Source of the DNA: Azolla caroliniana
Taxonomy: Eukaryota; Plantae; Polypodiophyta
Assembly (NCBI GenBank): GCA_043228905.1
Contig: JBHGNT010000009.1
Span: 12,090,001 to 12,154,000 of the forward strand
Reading direction: 5' to 3'
Length of the DNA: 64,000 nucleotides
Below the pieces are notes generated by a model. That model searched no databases. It was given only the letters and a program-made list of their open reading frames with translations, and was not told where the DNA came from. Positions 10,438 through 23,480 of this stretch are shown piece by piece. The translations under genes were made by a program, and so were the position numbers. Position 1 is the stretch's first letter. Each line of letters starts with the position of its first letter.

Positions 10438-10454
10438 TGGTGAACCCGACGTGA
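10438..10454 (+). promoter_or_regulatory. Primer-binding site complementary to tRNA-Trp
   Basis: TGGTGAACCCGACGTGA matches the complement of the plant tRNA-Trp 3' end as I recall it (...TCACGTCGGGTTCACCA). Confidence 0.85.
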
Positions 10455-10496
10455 AAGAGGCGGTAGGAAGGATCAAGTCGAGATTAATACTTGGAG

Positions 10497-13328
10497 ATGG
10501 CGTCCTCAAGGAACCAAGCGGGAGAGCTCGAAAGGATGATGCTAATCGTTGAGCAAATGATAAGATCTCGGGGCAACGACGCGAGCGTGGAGAAGGTTGT
10601 CGATCGTGTCATAGAGCTCGAGGGCCAATTCGATGGAAGGAACGTTACGAAGTTCCTTGATGCATATAGAAGGGAGATGAATCAGAGGGACGTGTCCGAG
10701 GCATGTCAAATCGCAAGCTTCAAGAGAGTTGTCGCCAACAACATCCAAAGACGCGTCATCGAGCTTCCAAAAGGTAAGACAACATGGTCCGAGTTCGAGA
10801 AAACAATACTAGCGGAGTTTGTGACTGAAGACTCAATGAGGATGACTCGACATGCCCTGATGAAGTGGATAGAGAAGAAGAATAAGAAGATGAGCGTCTC
10901 GAGGGTGTAGGACGAATTCGACTAGATGTTTAGTCGTCTCCCCAATACGGACCAAGTGTTTCTTGAAGAGGACAAGACTTTGTACTTCTTTAAGGCCGTG
11001 GACATAAAGGATAGACGGGAGTTGGGGACTTTTCTCGAAGATGATACCCAAGCAAATGGGCTCGTAGCGGACTGGATCGCGGTGAAGCGGGCATGGAATA
11101 GGCTCGACAAGCATCGCCAATGGGTTGATGACACCGACTTGACGGGATCGACTACCACGGAGAAAGCAAGACCGCCGAAAGTAGCTGAGCCGCCAAGACA
11201 AAGTAACGTGGAAGAAAAGAAGATTGATGACGACATCATTGAAGAGCTGGCGAAGAAGTTCGAGAAGGTCACGCTAGCCAACATGAATCGTCGGGGCCCT
11301 AAAGGAAAAGAACCCTTTAGATGCGTGTGGTGTGATAGCATGGACCACATGAGAAGGGATTGTGCGAGCCTTCGAGAGGCGATTCGACAAAATATCGTAT
11401 ACATAGAGGACAACATGATCTGCTCAAGCGAGACTAGAAGACCCCTACGGGTGAATTTCGGAAGAGGAGGAATGAAGAAATCTATGGAGGATGCCGATGC
11501 GACTCATGTGGATGCGATGCACTATGCTGCGTCGGCCGGAATAAGAGTCGGAAAAGACAAGACTGAAGCTACTAGAGCGGGAGCAAAGTTTTGGATTTCC
11601 ATTCTTGAATATGAGAAGAAGGGAAAAGTCACATCGAACGAGGTAGAGCTTGCGGACCGAAGCGTGCAAAGCATAATCGGGTGGTCGGATCCGGTGGACG
11701 AAAACACCCTACTCGCAGAGGTGATGTGCGACAACCACGAGGTGTTTGTCGAAGAAAAGAGAAAGAGAATAGAAGAGCAAGGCCCATCAAAAAGACATGA
11801 AACAAGGAACGCGAAAAAGAAGATTCTCGAAGGTCGGACATAGAGCAGACGACGGACCTAAAGAAGATTCTCGAAGAACGTGTTCTTGATAGCCACGTAA
11901 CTTTGTCCTTGAGGGAATTGCTTGGCATTACGAAGAAGGAGTTCCATGACACGATCGTGGACCTTGTAAAGAGAAAGAGACAACAATCGGATGAGGAAGA
12001 AGAGAAGCCGCAAAAAGCAAAAACGAATGCCATAACGATGGAAAGAGACGAAATCGATGAAGATATGGTGGATAGCCACTACACTCGACCTCATTGGGCA
12101 CGAGCAACAACGGAGATGCCGGTGAAGATCGGGGAGAAGAAAGAGACCGTGGTAGCCTTGATCGACCACGGCTCGGAGATCAACCTCATGTCAACCGACT
12201 TCTACAAAAAAGGAAGATGGCCAATCAATACAAACCACGGATGGAAGATTCGCGCGGCAACAAAGTCTACGAAGGACTTGTACAGAGCTTGTCCCAATAT
12301 CAAAGTCACGATCGGGGATGTGGAGATGGATCAACACTTCTTCGTACAAGAATCGGCGTCGCATCCTGTCATCCTAGGGCAACCTTATATCACATCATCT
12401 CGGATGGAGACCAAAGTGTTCGATAATGGAGCAGCCTTCGCACGAATAAAGAGTCTTGACAACCAAAGATTGGTCCAATTCCTAATGGTGCGAGCCAATC
12501 ATGAAAGGAATCGAGATAGTCTCGGAGGTGAATCCTCGGATTTTTAGAGTGGACTATTGAAGCATGGGGCACAAATAGTCTGAGCAATCACAAGACCCCA
12601 CAAGAAAGAAGAGTGCGTGGATTGCGAGGAGAAGCAACATGTGTCACACCTAGTGGCGCATGTAAACTAGTACTACCCGACAAGAAGCACAAGCGCCGAA
12701 TACAAGAATTCGAGAAGATGCTGAAAGAAGAAAACATAATAGAAGAAGGAGAGTTCGTGACTCATATTATGGAAGAAGCCTCATTTAAAGACACCATCAG
12801 CGAAATCAAGGACGTCGTGGACTTGAGCTATCTTCACAACCAACGCGTGATTTCGGTTAACTCCGTCAACATGTACGCTATCATCGATGAATACCGTCGT
12901 GGCATCTCAATAAAGGAAGCTAACATCAACACGAAATATAAAACGGTGGATAAGAAGATCAAGCGAGTTGCGGCTCCGCTACCGGAAGATAGCTGGCAAA
13001 AGATGAAGGAAGTGGCTAACGATCCAAGCTTAAGAGATCCGAAGAAGATAGGTCATGTCTTCACCAAAGAGACGAAGGGGAAGCTACGAGTTGGAAAGGA
13101 GGATTTCCTTCTCCCTGAAGAGGAGCGAATGTTTCGCGATATGCTTGAGAGACATGGGAAGGTTTTCGCATTCTTCCCACGAGAAATCGGATGCGCCGAC
13201 CCAAAGGTTATAGAGCCGATGGTGATCTTCACGGTGCCTCATGTGCCTTGGAATTTGAAACCGATACCGGTTTTGAGAGCACACCTTCCGAAGATGATCA
13301 AGCTCTTAAAGGAGAAGGTGAGTATGGT
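10497..13328 (+). pseudogene. Gypsy F gag - protease - RT N-terminus
   Basis: ORF pieces 10491-10910, 10926-11843, 11903-12547, 12613-13328; FDGRNVTKFL gag start, CVWCDSMDH knuckle, aspartic protease, VILGQP. Confidence 0.85.
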
Positions 13329-15835
13329 AATTTCGCATGCGCCAGCATACTCCGGACCCTCTCCATTATGGTCCGGTTCATCCTCTCGGCCAGCCCATTC
13401 AGTTCCGGCGTCTTCGGCACAGTAAACTCGAGCCGGATTCCCTTCGAGCGACAGTACTCCTTGAACTGCCCCCGGTATTCCCCTCCGTTATCCGCTCGTA
13501 TCGCTTTCAGCTTCTTGCCGGATTCCCTCTCCACTCTCACGTGGAGTTCTTTGAAGACGCACAACACTTGGTCCTTTGTCTTCATCGGTGCCGTCCACAG
13601 TTTTCGGCTATGATCATCTATGAATGTTACGAAGTACTGGGCTCCGCCATGTGACTTCGTTTCTACCTAACACACATCAGTGTGCACCAACTCCAATGGT
13701 GCGCTACGTCTCGTCGGTGGCCTTGAGTGGAAGGAGGTTCGGTTCTGCTTACCGGCCAGGCAATCGGTACACTTCTCCAGGTGCACATGCTTCACTGGAA
13801 TAAGGTTGTCTTCTGCAAGCCTCTTCATCCCCTTCTCACTCATGTGGCACAGTCTCTTGTGCCACAGCTCACCGGCAGTGTCGGCTGCCACGTTCAACTC
13901 TTCCGGACACAACCAGGCATTCATAAGGTACAGTGTGTTGACTTTCCGGGCCCGAGCCACTATCAGGCTCCCCTTGCTGAACTTCATTACGCCGTTCCGG
14001 ATGCTACCTGTGTAGCCTTCATCGTCTAGCCTCCCGGCCGAAATCAGGTTCAATCGAACCTCCGGAACGTGTCTGACATCCCTCAGCAGCATTTTGCATC
14101 CGGTCGAGGTTGTCAACCACACGTCTCCTACGCTGGCAATCCGGCACGTACCTTCATTTCCCATCCGAACACAGCCATGTTCACCGGCTGTGTAGGATGA
14201 GAAGTATCTTCTTTCCGGGGTCAGGTGGAACGATGCTCCGGAATCGACCACCCAGGTAGTCTCATCGCCGGCAATGTTTAGTTCACCTTCTTCGGTGATG
14301 AGCATGATCTCCTCTTCGCTTGCCGCGAGTGCCGTCGTTCCTTTCGGTCCTGCCCTTGCCGATCCGAACCATTCCGGTCCGTGGCTCCCCGGTAAGCCCC
14401 GTTCCGTTCCGAAGACTTCTTCGAATCGGTGTCGTCGGCTCCGTTGTCTTTTCGGTAATGCCGACAATTCTTTCGGAAGTGCCCCGGCTTCCCACAGTGG
14501 AAGCATGTGGGCCTTCCTCTTGACTGCGACTGGGTCCCAGACTTCTCCCGTCTTTGCGGACTCCGGTTCCATTGTCTTCCCCGTTCCGATTCGGTAAGCA
14601 GCGCCTTCGAGTCGGAGGCCGGTTCTTTATCTCTCCGACGCGCTTCTTCGTTCAAAATACTTGTCTTTACCGTTTGTAGGGACAAGTTATCTTCGGTGCA
14701 GGAGGTGCTGAGAGTCACCACCAAGTTCTCCCAGCTTTCCGGCAATGTACACATCAGAATGATGGCTTGCATTGCATCCTCCAGCGGGAACTTGATCGCC
14801 GCAAGCTGGTTCACGAATCCCATGAACGTGCTTACGTGTTCCACCATACTCTCGCCGTCCCGGTACTTGAGGTTCACTATCTTCCTCATCAGGGAGGTCC
14901 GGTTCAACGCATTCTTCCTCTCGTAGAGGCCCGACAGCTTCCGCCACATCTCATATGCGTTGGTGTCGTTCGCCACATGTTGTAGAACGCTCACGTCTAC
15001 GTATTGCCGAATGGTTGCAACGGCTTTCCGGTTCAGAAGCCTCCATTCCGACTCAAGTACTCCCTTCGGTATTTCCGACTTGTCAATCGGTTCGTACAGA
15101 TCCCGAACAATCAGAAGATCCTCCATCTTGATCTTCCAGTCGGCGTAATTCTGCGCATTCAGCACCATCATCCCCGGCTGCCCGCTGCCGCCGCCTTCCA
15201 TTTTCTGCAGCAACTCGCTCTGATACCAAATTGATGAAAATTAATCGACACTTTCCAAACTTCACCTCTCGGCCACAACCAAGGAAACACACGAATCGTT
15301 GTTGCAGAAAGTGGGAAATGCAGAAGTAAATAAGTGGAGACACGATTTAACGTGGAAAACCCTGTACGGGAAAAAACCACGGGAGTACAAGACTCCGAAC
15401 CAAAACTATGCACAGAGAAGTATACAATGGCGAGCTGCAAGGCGACGACCTTGAGCTCGCTGTCCTCGCCACAGGCGGCGGAAATACACAGAGGCGTCGA
15501 CCTCTTCCTCTCTCACGCTCTATCTCTCACACGGCTGCTCTCTCTTCACTCCTCTTAAGTGGCAAAACAGAAAAATGAGTAGCAACATTAAAACTGTTTG
15601 CCCTAAGTCATATTTATACACATATGACTTTCGGGCTATTTACAACTATAGCCTCAAGGGCCCTTGGCAAACATATTCACAAATATGTCCCCGCATCCGG
15701 ATCTTGTTCGGGTACATTCGTCATCCGGCTCCGTAACCGGGATCTTCATCATCCGGTTCCGAAACCGCAACCGGGCTTGTCGTCATTCATCTCCGACATC
15801 CGACCATCCCATCCGAAGGGACCGTAATCCCAACA
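13329..15835 (-). mobile_element. Ty1/copia element G, 5' half (LTR 15232-15835, PBS-Met 15216-15228, gag ATG 15201, PR, INT)
   Basis: LTR of the same family as A; TGGTATCAGAGCG; ORFs 14278-15213, 13667-14572, 13298-13585; 3' half deleted together with the RT/RH of host F. Confidence 0.92.
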
Positions 15836-16460
15836 AAGTGGTGGTAAAGAAAGAAGAGCAAGAGACGCTGATGACTGAATTCCACGAGAGTGCTTGGGCA
15901 GGTAATAGAGGAACATGGGCGACATTCGAAAAGTTGAAGGAGAAGTACTGGTGGCCAAGCATGTACAAAGATGTACTCCATTTCGTGTCCACATGCGAAA
16001 CTTGCCAAATATATTCAAATATACGTCATCGTGATGAGTTACAACCGACATACCCACTCACCATACACTTCAAATGGATGGTGGATCTGGTCTCTATGCC
16101 AATGGGAGTGGCACAAATGAAGTACTTAGCGCTAGCAAGGGAAGACTTGACAAATCAAGTGGAAGGACGAGCCTTGACAAATAAGACGACTTCAGCCGTT
16201 TGTAAATTTCTGCTTGAAGAGGTTGTTTGCCGATATGAATGTGTAGGGAAGATAGTGGCCGACCGAGGGGAGTTGGACGCGCACGAAGCGACGGAGCTCT
16301 TCGAAAGACAAGGCGTGAAGCTCTCCCTCACGACTGCCTACAATCCGGAAGTGAATGGGAAGATCGAGCGAGGGCATGGACCTATCGTTAAAGCCATTGT
16401 ACGGGCATGCAACGGTCGAGTCGGGAATTGGCCACGACTATTACCCTATGCCTTGTGGGC
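15836..16460 (+). pseudogene. Gypsy F integrase (Zn-binding + core), truncated
   Basis: FHESAWAG, CETCQ, WMVDLV, IVADRGEL, YNPEVNGKIERGH. Confidence 0.88.
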
Positions 16461-17017
16461 TGTTATAAAGCAGGCACTTACCCATGAACAACTAAAGGCA
16501 GATGGTGTGTAGATGAATTGTGCAACACATGTAGTTGAATTTTTAAGAGCTAATATGTCAACGAGTGCAACTAGTGTTTATTCCTCGCAGGTTTGAGATA
16601 TCAAACGTTAATTTTGGGAAGTGAAGATAGATGAAGTAAATAGGGAGAAGACCTGGGAGTGCCAAGGAATTCCCGAATTGCGATCTCTCCATGTTGTTCA
16701 CGTGGATGGTCATTGTATTGCGGTTAGATAATTAACTTGTTTTTGCTTCCATTGTGTGCAAGGAAATTGGAGGTATTGTTTAAACAAAGCATATATTCAG
16801 AATTGGGAGTATCATACATTAAACAATAAGAAAGTAGTTGATGGAGAAACAGAAAAGAATGTTGACTTCACATATCAAGGACGTGGAGATATTCTAAGTG
16901 ATATCTTAAATGTTGGGGATAATTTCGCTGTAAATGCAGAAGAAGACAATTCAGAGGGTGATGATTTCTATATATTGAAGTGCACGGTTAGTAAACAGTG
17001 TGCAACGTAGAATATAT
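16461..17017 (+). pseudogene. Fragment of a probable DNA-transposon transposase C-terminus
   Basis: VIKQALTHEQL...HVVEFL...FWEV...RSLH...TCFCFHC...C...VGDNFAVNAEEDNSEG; AT-rich, with stops; resemblance from memory only. Confidence 0.45.
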
Positions 17018-17302
17018 TGTTGGGAAGTTGGTCCCTCCAGATGGGATCCGGTTGTGAATGAAGAGGACCTGGTGAGAATCGGAAGAGATCCAGAAACTGG
17101 ATCGGATGGACCCTGTGAAAACCGGAAGAGATCCAGAAACTGGATCGGATAGACCCGGTGAGAACCGGAAGAGAAGACATATTTGTAAATATGTTTGGAG
17201 TAAGCCTATTGAGGCTATATTTGTAAATAGCCCTAACTTCATATAAGTATAAATATGACTTAGGGCAATCACTTTAAATAAGGTTTTGTTGTCATATTGT
17301 TG

Positions 17303-17347
<45 letters not shown>

Positions 17348-19290
17348 TATAGAGTGATACTCTATTGTGACTGCCGGTTGGCAAAGATACAGAGCTCGAG
17401 GTGGTTGCCTCCGAGTCTCTGATTGTACCTTTCTTATATAGTGATAGCTTGGAGTCTGTGGGATCCCGTGGTTTTTCCCATTAGGGTTTCCACGTAAACA
17501 TCCTCTGTACTTTCTTTTGGTGTATCAGTATTCATCCCTATTCCCATTTCTGTGTTTGAGCCTTAAAGGAAGTGATCTAAGACTCGGTTGTGGCCGAGCA
17601 GTTTTCCACGCTATTCTCCAGAATCTGGTATCAGCGCGAACAACACAGGAAATGGAAGAATCGTTCAACGGCATGTTCAAGCTCACCGGCTCCAACTACT
17701 CAGTGTGGAAGTCGAAGAGGAGGGATATGTTGGTGGTTCAAGCTCTTTGGTTGTCGGTTCAGTTCAGGGACAAGAGACCAGATAAGATCGACGCCACAGT
17801 GTGGGAGGTGATGCACATGAAGACAATGGCATACATTCGGTGCTTCCTCGACATAAGCCTGTACAACAACTTCAATGAAGAAAGCAAGGCTCATGAACTA
17901 TGGGAGAACATCAACATCATGTTCCAGAACAAAAATGCATTAATCGGGTTTCCGTATTCCGGAAGCTAGTGAGGTTCTAGTACCAAGACGGCTCCAGTAT
18001 GGCGGAGCACATGAATGCCTTCCAAGGGCTAATACATCAAGCAACCTCGTTGGAAGTACCTCTCACCGATGAGGTACTCGCATTAATCCTGCTCGGTTCC
18101 CTCCCGGATAGTTGGGAGACGTTAGTTGTCACGTTGGGCAACACTGGGCCGGAAGGAAAGAAGTTGTCCCTAGCAAGAGTCAAGTCAAACTTGCTAGATG
18201 AAGAAGCTCGTCGGAAGGACAGGGAGTCCGGAACCGATCCAAAGGCCTTGGTCATGGAAGATGACCACAACCGGGGAAGAGGCCGGTATTAGAGTCCCCA
18301 AAACTAGGACAAATCGGGGATGAGGTCGATGTCAATGGGGAGGCCTACTTACTTCTACTGTAGGAAACCGAGGCATTTCCAGAAGAACTGTCGGCATTTC
18401 CAGAAAGAGAAAGAAACTAGCACTACCGATTCGAAGAAGAGTTCGGACTAGAGAGGCCCGGATTGGAAAGGAACGTCAGAAATCGGGACAAGTGAAGAAG
18501 AACTGATGCTCATTACCGAAGAGAATGATTTAAACCTTGTCGGCAACGAGACAACGTGGGTTGTCGATTCCGGAGTGTTGGAAATGCTTCTCAGCTGGTG
18601 ATCATGGTTGTGTCCGGATGGGGAATGAAGGTACATGCCAAATTGTTGGCATACGGGATGTGTTGTTGACGACATCAACTAGATGCAAGTTGCTATTCAA
18701 GAATATCTGACACGTTCCGAAGGTTCGACTGAACCTAATATCAGCCGGTCAGCTGGATGATGAAGGCTACATGGGTAGCAACCGGAACGGAATTATGAAG
18801 TTCAGCAAAGGGAGCCCAATAGTGGCTCGAGCCTGGAAGGTCAACACATTGTACTTGATGTATGCCCAGATATGCTAGGAAGAAGTGAACATTGCATCCG
18901 ACACTGCCGGTAAGCTGTGGCACAAGACACTGTGTCATATGAGTCAGAAGGGGATGAAGAGACTTGCCGAAGAGAATCTCATTCCAGTGAAGGACGTGCA
19001 ACTTGAGAAGTGCACCAATTACTTGGCCGGCAAGCAAAACCGAACCTCCTTCTGGTCAAGACCACCGATGAGACGGAATGCACCACTAGAGCTGGTGCAT
19101 ACTGATGTGTGTTAAGTGGACATGAAGTCACATGCCGGATCGCAGTACTTCGTGAAATTCATAGACGACCTCATCTGAAAGCTATGATTCTTACCGTTGA
19201 AGACGAAGGATCAGGTGTTATCTATCTTCAAGGAACTCCACGTGAGAGTCGAAAGAGAAACCGGTTAGAAGCTGACGGCGGTTTGAGCTG
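17018..19290 (+). mobile_element. Ty1/copia element H, 5' half, decayed (LTR 17018-17622, PBS 17626-17638, gag ATG 17652)
   Basis: Same LTR family as J; gag MEESFNGMFKLTGSNY; ends abruptly in integrase, fused to gypsy D. Confidence 0.9.
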
Positions 19291-22200
19291 AGACTGGTGG
19301 CTGTACGACGGGTGCCTGCGTTAGCATTACCTTTAGCGCATCATATGCCTTTTCTTCCGTCACTGTCCATTGGAAGGGAATCGGATGAATGGCGGCATGT
19401 AACGGCGTGGCGAAGTCCGCCAAATAGCGTATCATCCAATTTTGCCATCGTATTTGTCCGAAAAAACGGCTGAGTGATTTCGCATTTGTTTGCATTTTTG
19501 CTTGGGTAATCGAGGAGATTTTATTCGGATCGACCACTATCCTTTCCTTGCTGACTATATGGCCAAGGAGAGCCCCACTGGTAACACCGAAGGCACATTT
19601 GGTGGGATTCAGGTTTAAGTGTGCGGTGCGGCAACGTTCCAAGCATAGTTGCAGATGCGTAAAATGGCCGATTGTTCTCCCATATACCGCAAAATCGTCT
19701 AAAAAAACTTGCATGAAGGCCGGAAAATATTCCCCAAAAATCTCTATGATTGTCCGTTGAAATGTCACCGGCGCCGTCTTTAGCCCAAACATCATGACAA
19801 CTGCAACATAGACTCCCCAGTCCGTGAGAAACGCCGACTTCTCTTGGTCGTCGGGGCGCATGCGTACTTGGTTGTACCCACTGAAGCCATCTAAAAAACT
19901 GCACATGTCATGCCCCACGACTTTGTCCAGTATGCTATCGGTGAAAGTTAAAGGGAATGCGTCCGTAATGGTTACGACGTTTAATTTTCGGTAGTCCACG
20001 CATACCCGTATTTTGCCATTTTTCCTTGGTACAACTACGATTGGGCTTAACCATGTAGCTTGTTTAACTGGCCGTATGAATCCCGCCTTGAGGAGTTTGT
20101 CAATTTCTTCTTTTACGCGGGTCGCGTAGTTTGGGTTCATGTGGTATCGACGTTGTTGGACCGGTTTCGTGTCGGTTGCTAAATTGATCTTATGTTGATA
20201 GAACTTTGGATCTAACCCCTTCATGTCCTTGTGGGCCCAGGCGAACACATCTTTATACTTCTTGAGTAGTGCTATCATCGCGTCTCTCTGGTCCGACATT
20301 AATTCTTTTGCGATGGAGAGGAAACGGGGTTCTGACGCCATACCCACATTTACTTCTTCTAGGGTTGAGGCGGTGACTCGCCATGAAATTTCCATTTCCC
20401 TCTTAGACACTGCTCATGCTCTGCTTAGTTCTAATATTGACTCCGGTTTTGGTTCGTAAGCCTCGTTGTGAAGTGTAGCGGGCGTGGCATATTCCGCCGC
20501 GGTTTCGATGATGTCGATTTCGAACAACGGAATAATCCGAGGGTGCTCGTCTAGGTATGCCTCTAATTCTGTATCATCCACCCCAGCCAGCATATTTATA
20601 TCCTCCGCGTACAGTGGTGTTATGCCCTTGGGTTGTGTCGCCATTTCCTCTGTTGGTACGCGGACCTTGGTGCGTCCGCATCGAAAGCTGATACACTTGT
20701 GTTGCCAGCTCTACTTGATATTCGCTGAACGAAGCCATAGTCTGCCTAGTAGCATAGGATACACCCCTGGGGCGTCAAGGGCGAGGACTACCGCCGAGAT
20801 GTCGAAGCGATGTCCTCCCACGATAATGCCTACCTTGCGTATCAACCCCAATGGTCGTAATGAGGAGGTATCCGCCATGGGGAGCCAGAACGAGCAAGCT
20901 TCCCATTCTGAAATTCCCAATTGTTCGCATGTCTTCGCGCTAATTACATTAACGCCCGAGCCGCCATCGATTACGCATCCTGGGATTTCTTGACCATGTA
21001 ATATCAACTTAATAGCCGGGTTGTGGTGATTCACTACTGTCGGTTCATCGCTAATGTCTATAAAATTCGCGGTGACACTTACCCCAGGTCTGTCCGTCAC
21101 CCGCTCTTCCACGGCCTAGCGGAATCATGGGACTAGTTGCAACAACTTCTCCATGGTTAACGTTATCTCGCAGCCTGTCAGTGCTTGCCATATGGGGTTC
21201 GGGGATGGTCCCTCGTCCTCCAATAGCTCCACCATGTTTGCGGACTCCTTCCGCATGCGCTCCATATTTGTCGCATTTGCTTTTTCAACCCATGCATGGG
21301 TTGTCCGCCGTATCTCATCTTGTGCGGCCCAATCAACATTTTTTGTTTGCTGACGTGTCGTGATTTGCTATACTTCCATCGTAATCGTATTGACGGCGGG
21401 CCCCTTGCCCTTGCGTACTGGGCATTGTGTGGCATAATGTCCAGGTTGTTGACAAACAAAACAATGGATGCTAGATTCGCCCTTCTTGGCCCCTGGTGGT
21501 GTGTGCCGATCCCCAGGTGTGACTTGCTCCTCCCGGTCCTGATTCGTTCTTCGGAGCATACGCGGTGGTTGATGTTGGTCCCGGCGTGGTTCCTGGTGCC
21601 GTTCATTGTCCGAACTTTCGTCGTACCGCCGTTGGTCCCGATATTGCCGATGCTTTCCGCGAGACCCATTGAAGCCGCCACATTTGTTCATCGAACGGTA
21701 ATTCTCATAGCATCGGCCCCCTTTAGTATTTCTGGGGTTGCCATGGTAGTCTTCATGCTCCGGCTTGTCTTCCTCGGAATCGTTGTGATTACAGCGATTC
21801 CAGCAGTGTTGGTCATCGCGTGGATTGTGATCCATATACCGTGGTCGGTCTTCCTGCCACATTTGTTCATTACGGCGTGGGGGACGCTGTGTGTCCACGC
21901 TGCGTATTGCGGGCGTGGCTTTGTTCAACATATTGTACTCACACTGCTCAACTGTGTGAGCTTTCGAGTGACAGATTGGATAGTGGATTTGCATGTTGCA
22001 TTCAATTGCGGAATGCCCTGAATTCAAGCAAATCGTGCACTGGATCGCTTGACGAAAATGTCGTTCCTCGTCTTGAGGTAACACTTGTCGTAATGAGGAC
22101 ATGGAAAACCTTTCCTCTTCTTCGTCCAGCTCGATTTGGAGTGCTCTTTCTATGACCATATCGGTCGTTTCCCCTTTCACGCTATTGTTTTTGAGCGTTG

Positions 22201-23134
22201 TCCGTATGGGTCGGCGTAATGCTGCCAGAAATGTCTCCCTAGCCTCGTCCTCCGTCGGGCCCCGTTCTAATTTCCGTTGTAGATTTTGGAAACGTAGGCT
22301 GAAATCCGCGACTGTCTTGGTTGGCAACTGTTTAATTGTGTAAAACTACTCGAGGATTTCGCGTTGCGGCACCCTCAGATGAAAAAACCGTAGAAAGGCT
22401 GACTGCAGCTGGTCAAAGGTCGTGATTGCTGGTAGATCCATCTACGAATGCCAAAACGCCGCTCTCCCATCCAAGGTTAATCCGAACTTCGTCATTTTGG
22501 ACTGGTGCGCTACTGCCTCGGAAAGGCTCTGCGCCATGTGGTTTGCATTCCAGACATTGAGGAACAGGTGGATGTGGGTTGCGGCGTCAGTTTCGCCGTT
22601 GAAGCGGGGATAAGCAAAGGTCATGTTGGGTGCTACGGTGGTCAGGGAAAGACCATAATGCTTTTGTGGCGAGCGCGCTTCCTGCGTATCGCCGAGGTAT
22701 TTGGAGAGCGAGAAATCGTCTTTGTGGTCCCGACAGGTGCGTGACAACGAATGGTAGTGTCTGTGCGTAATACTTAGTGGGATACCTCCCATAACCTAGT
22801 AGCGTATAAGGGAGACGGCTACAATCGAGCTCCTTAGACAGTGGACTAGCGCACGCACCATTACTCATGCCTACGCTCCTAAGGATTATAGACACACAGT
22901 GGATTAACCACAGATACGCATAGATATCAGAGAAGATGGAACTCTATTAAGATACGTCTCTTACATTCAAAATTACACGCTACCTCTATCAGACATTTTT
23001 TGCCCTTTATATACGCAGGGCAGGGTCTTTTAGCCGTTCACGCTTCCCGAGTGAACCATTTACATGCGTTACAATATTATTCTATTCCATATTACTGCGC
23101 TCTTGTCCGTCGGTTACTATTCCAGCGGAAAACA
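19291..23134 (-). mobile_element. Ty3/gypsy element D (family of C/E), 5' half: partial 5' LTR 22745-23134, gag, PR, RT
   Basis: RT ORF to 20410 (RVCVDYRKLN, LDGFSGYNQ, MFGL, VFLDDF), protease VIDGGSG, gag zinc knuckles; PBS and U5 removed by a deletion near 22745. Confidence 0.92.
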
Positions 23135-23480
23135 GTTGATCATTGTAGCAATAGTTATTGTGTGGTTGTTGCCTCTATAACTAAGTGTAAGTGTTAGTAG
23201 GAAGAGAGTGAACAGAGTCGTAACTCTGTAGCCGTTTGTTGACGAAGAAGAACTCAAGGTTGTTGCATTCGAGTTTCTTATATTTTACAATCCTCTTACC
23301 ATATAGTGATTTAGTTCGGAGTTCGAGGACTCCCATGGTTTTTCCCTTTGGGGTTTTCCATGTAAATATTTGTGTCTCTATATTTGTTTCTGTCGTCTTC
23401 TGTCTGTGCAATATCTCGCTGATTCCTTTGCGCCCGAACATATATTCTAGAACTAGTTGTGGCTGGTCACGATCCTGACA
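23135..23480 (+). repeat. 3' part of an LTR from another copia family
   Basis: Carries the CCCATGGTTTTTCCC-n-GGGGTTTTCCA motif shared by the copia LTRs here; ends TGACA. Confidence 0.55.

Larger units (their letters stand above)
9238..16460 (+). mobile_element. Ty3/gypsy element F, tRNA-Trp-primed (fungal/bryophyte-type), interrupted by copia G, 3'-truncated
   Basis: 1192-bp LTR with 13-bp terminal inverted repeat, PBS-Trp, gag (CxxC..H..C), protease LIDHGSEIN, RT start MVIFTVPHVPW, integrase 15836-16460. Confidence 0.85.
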
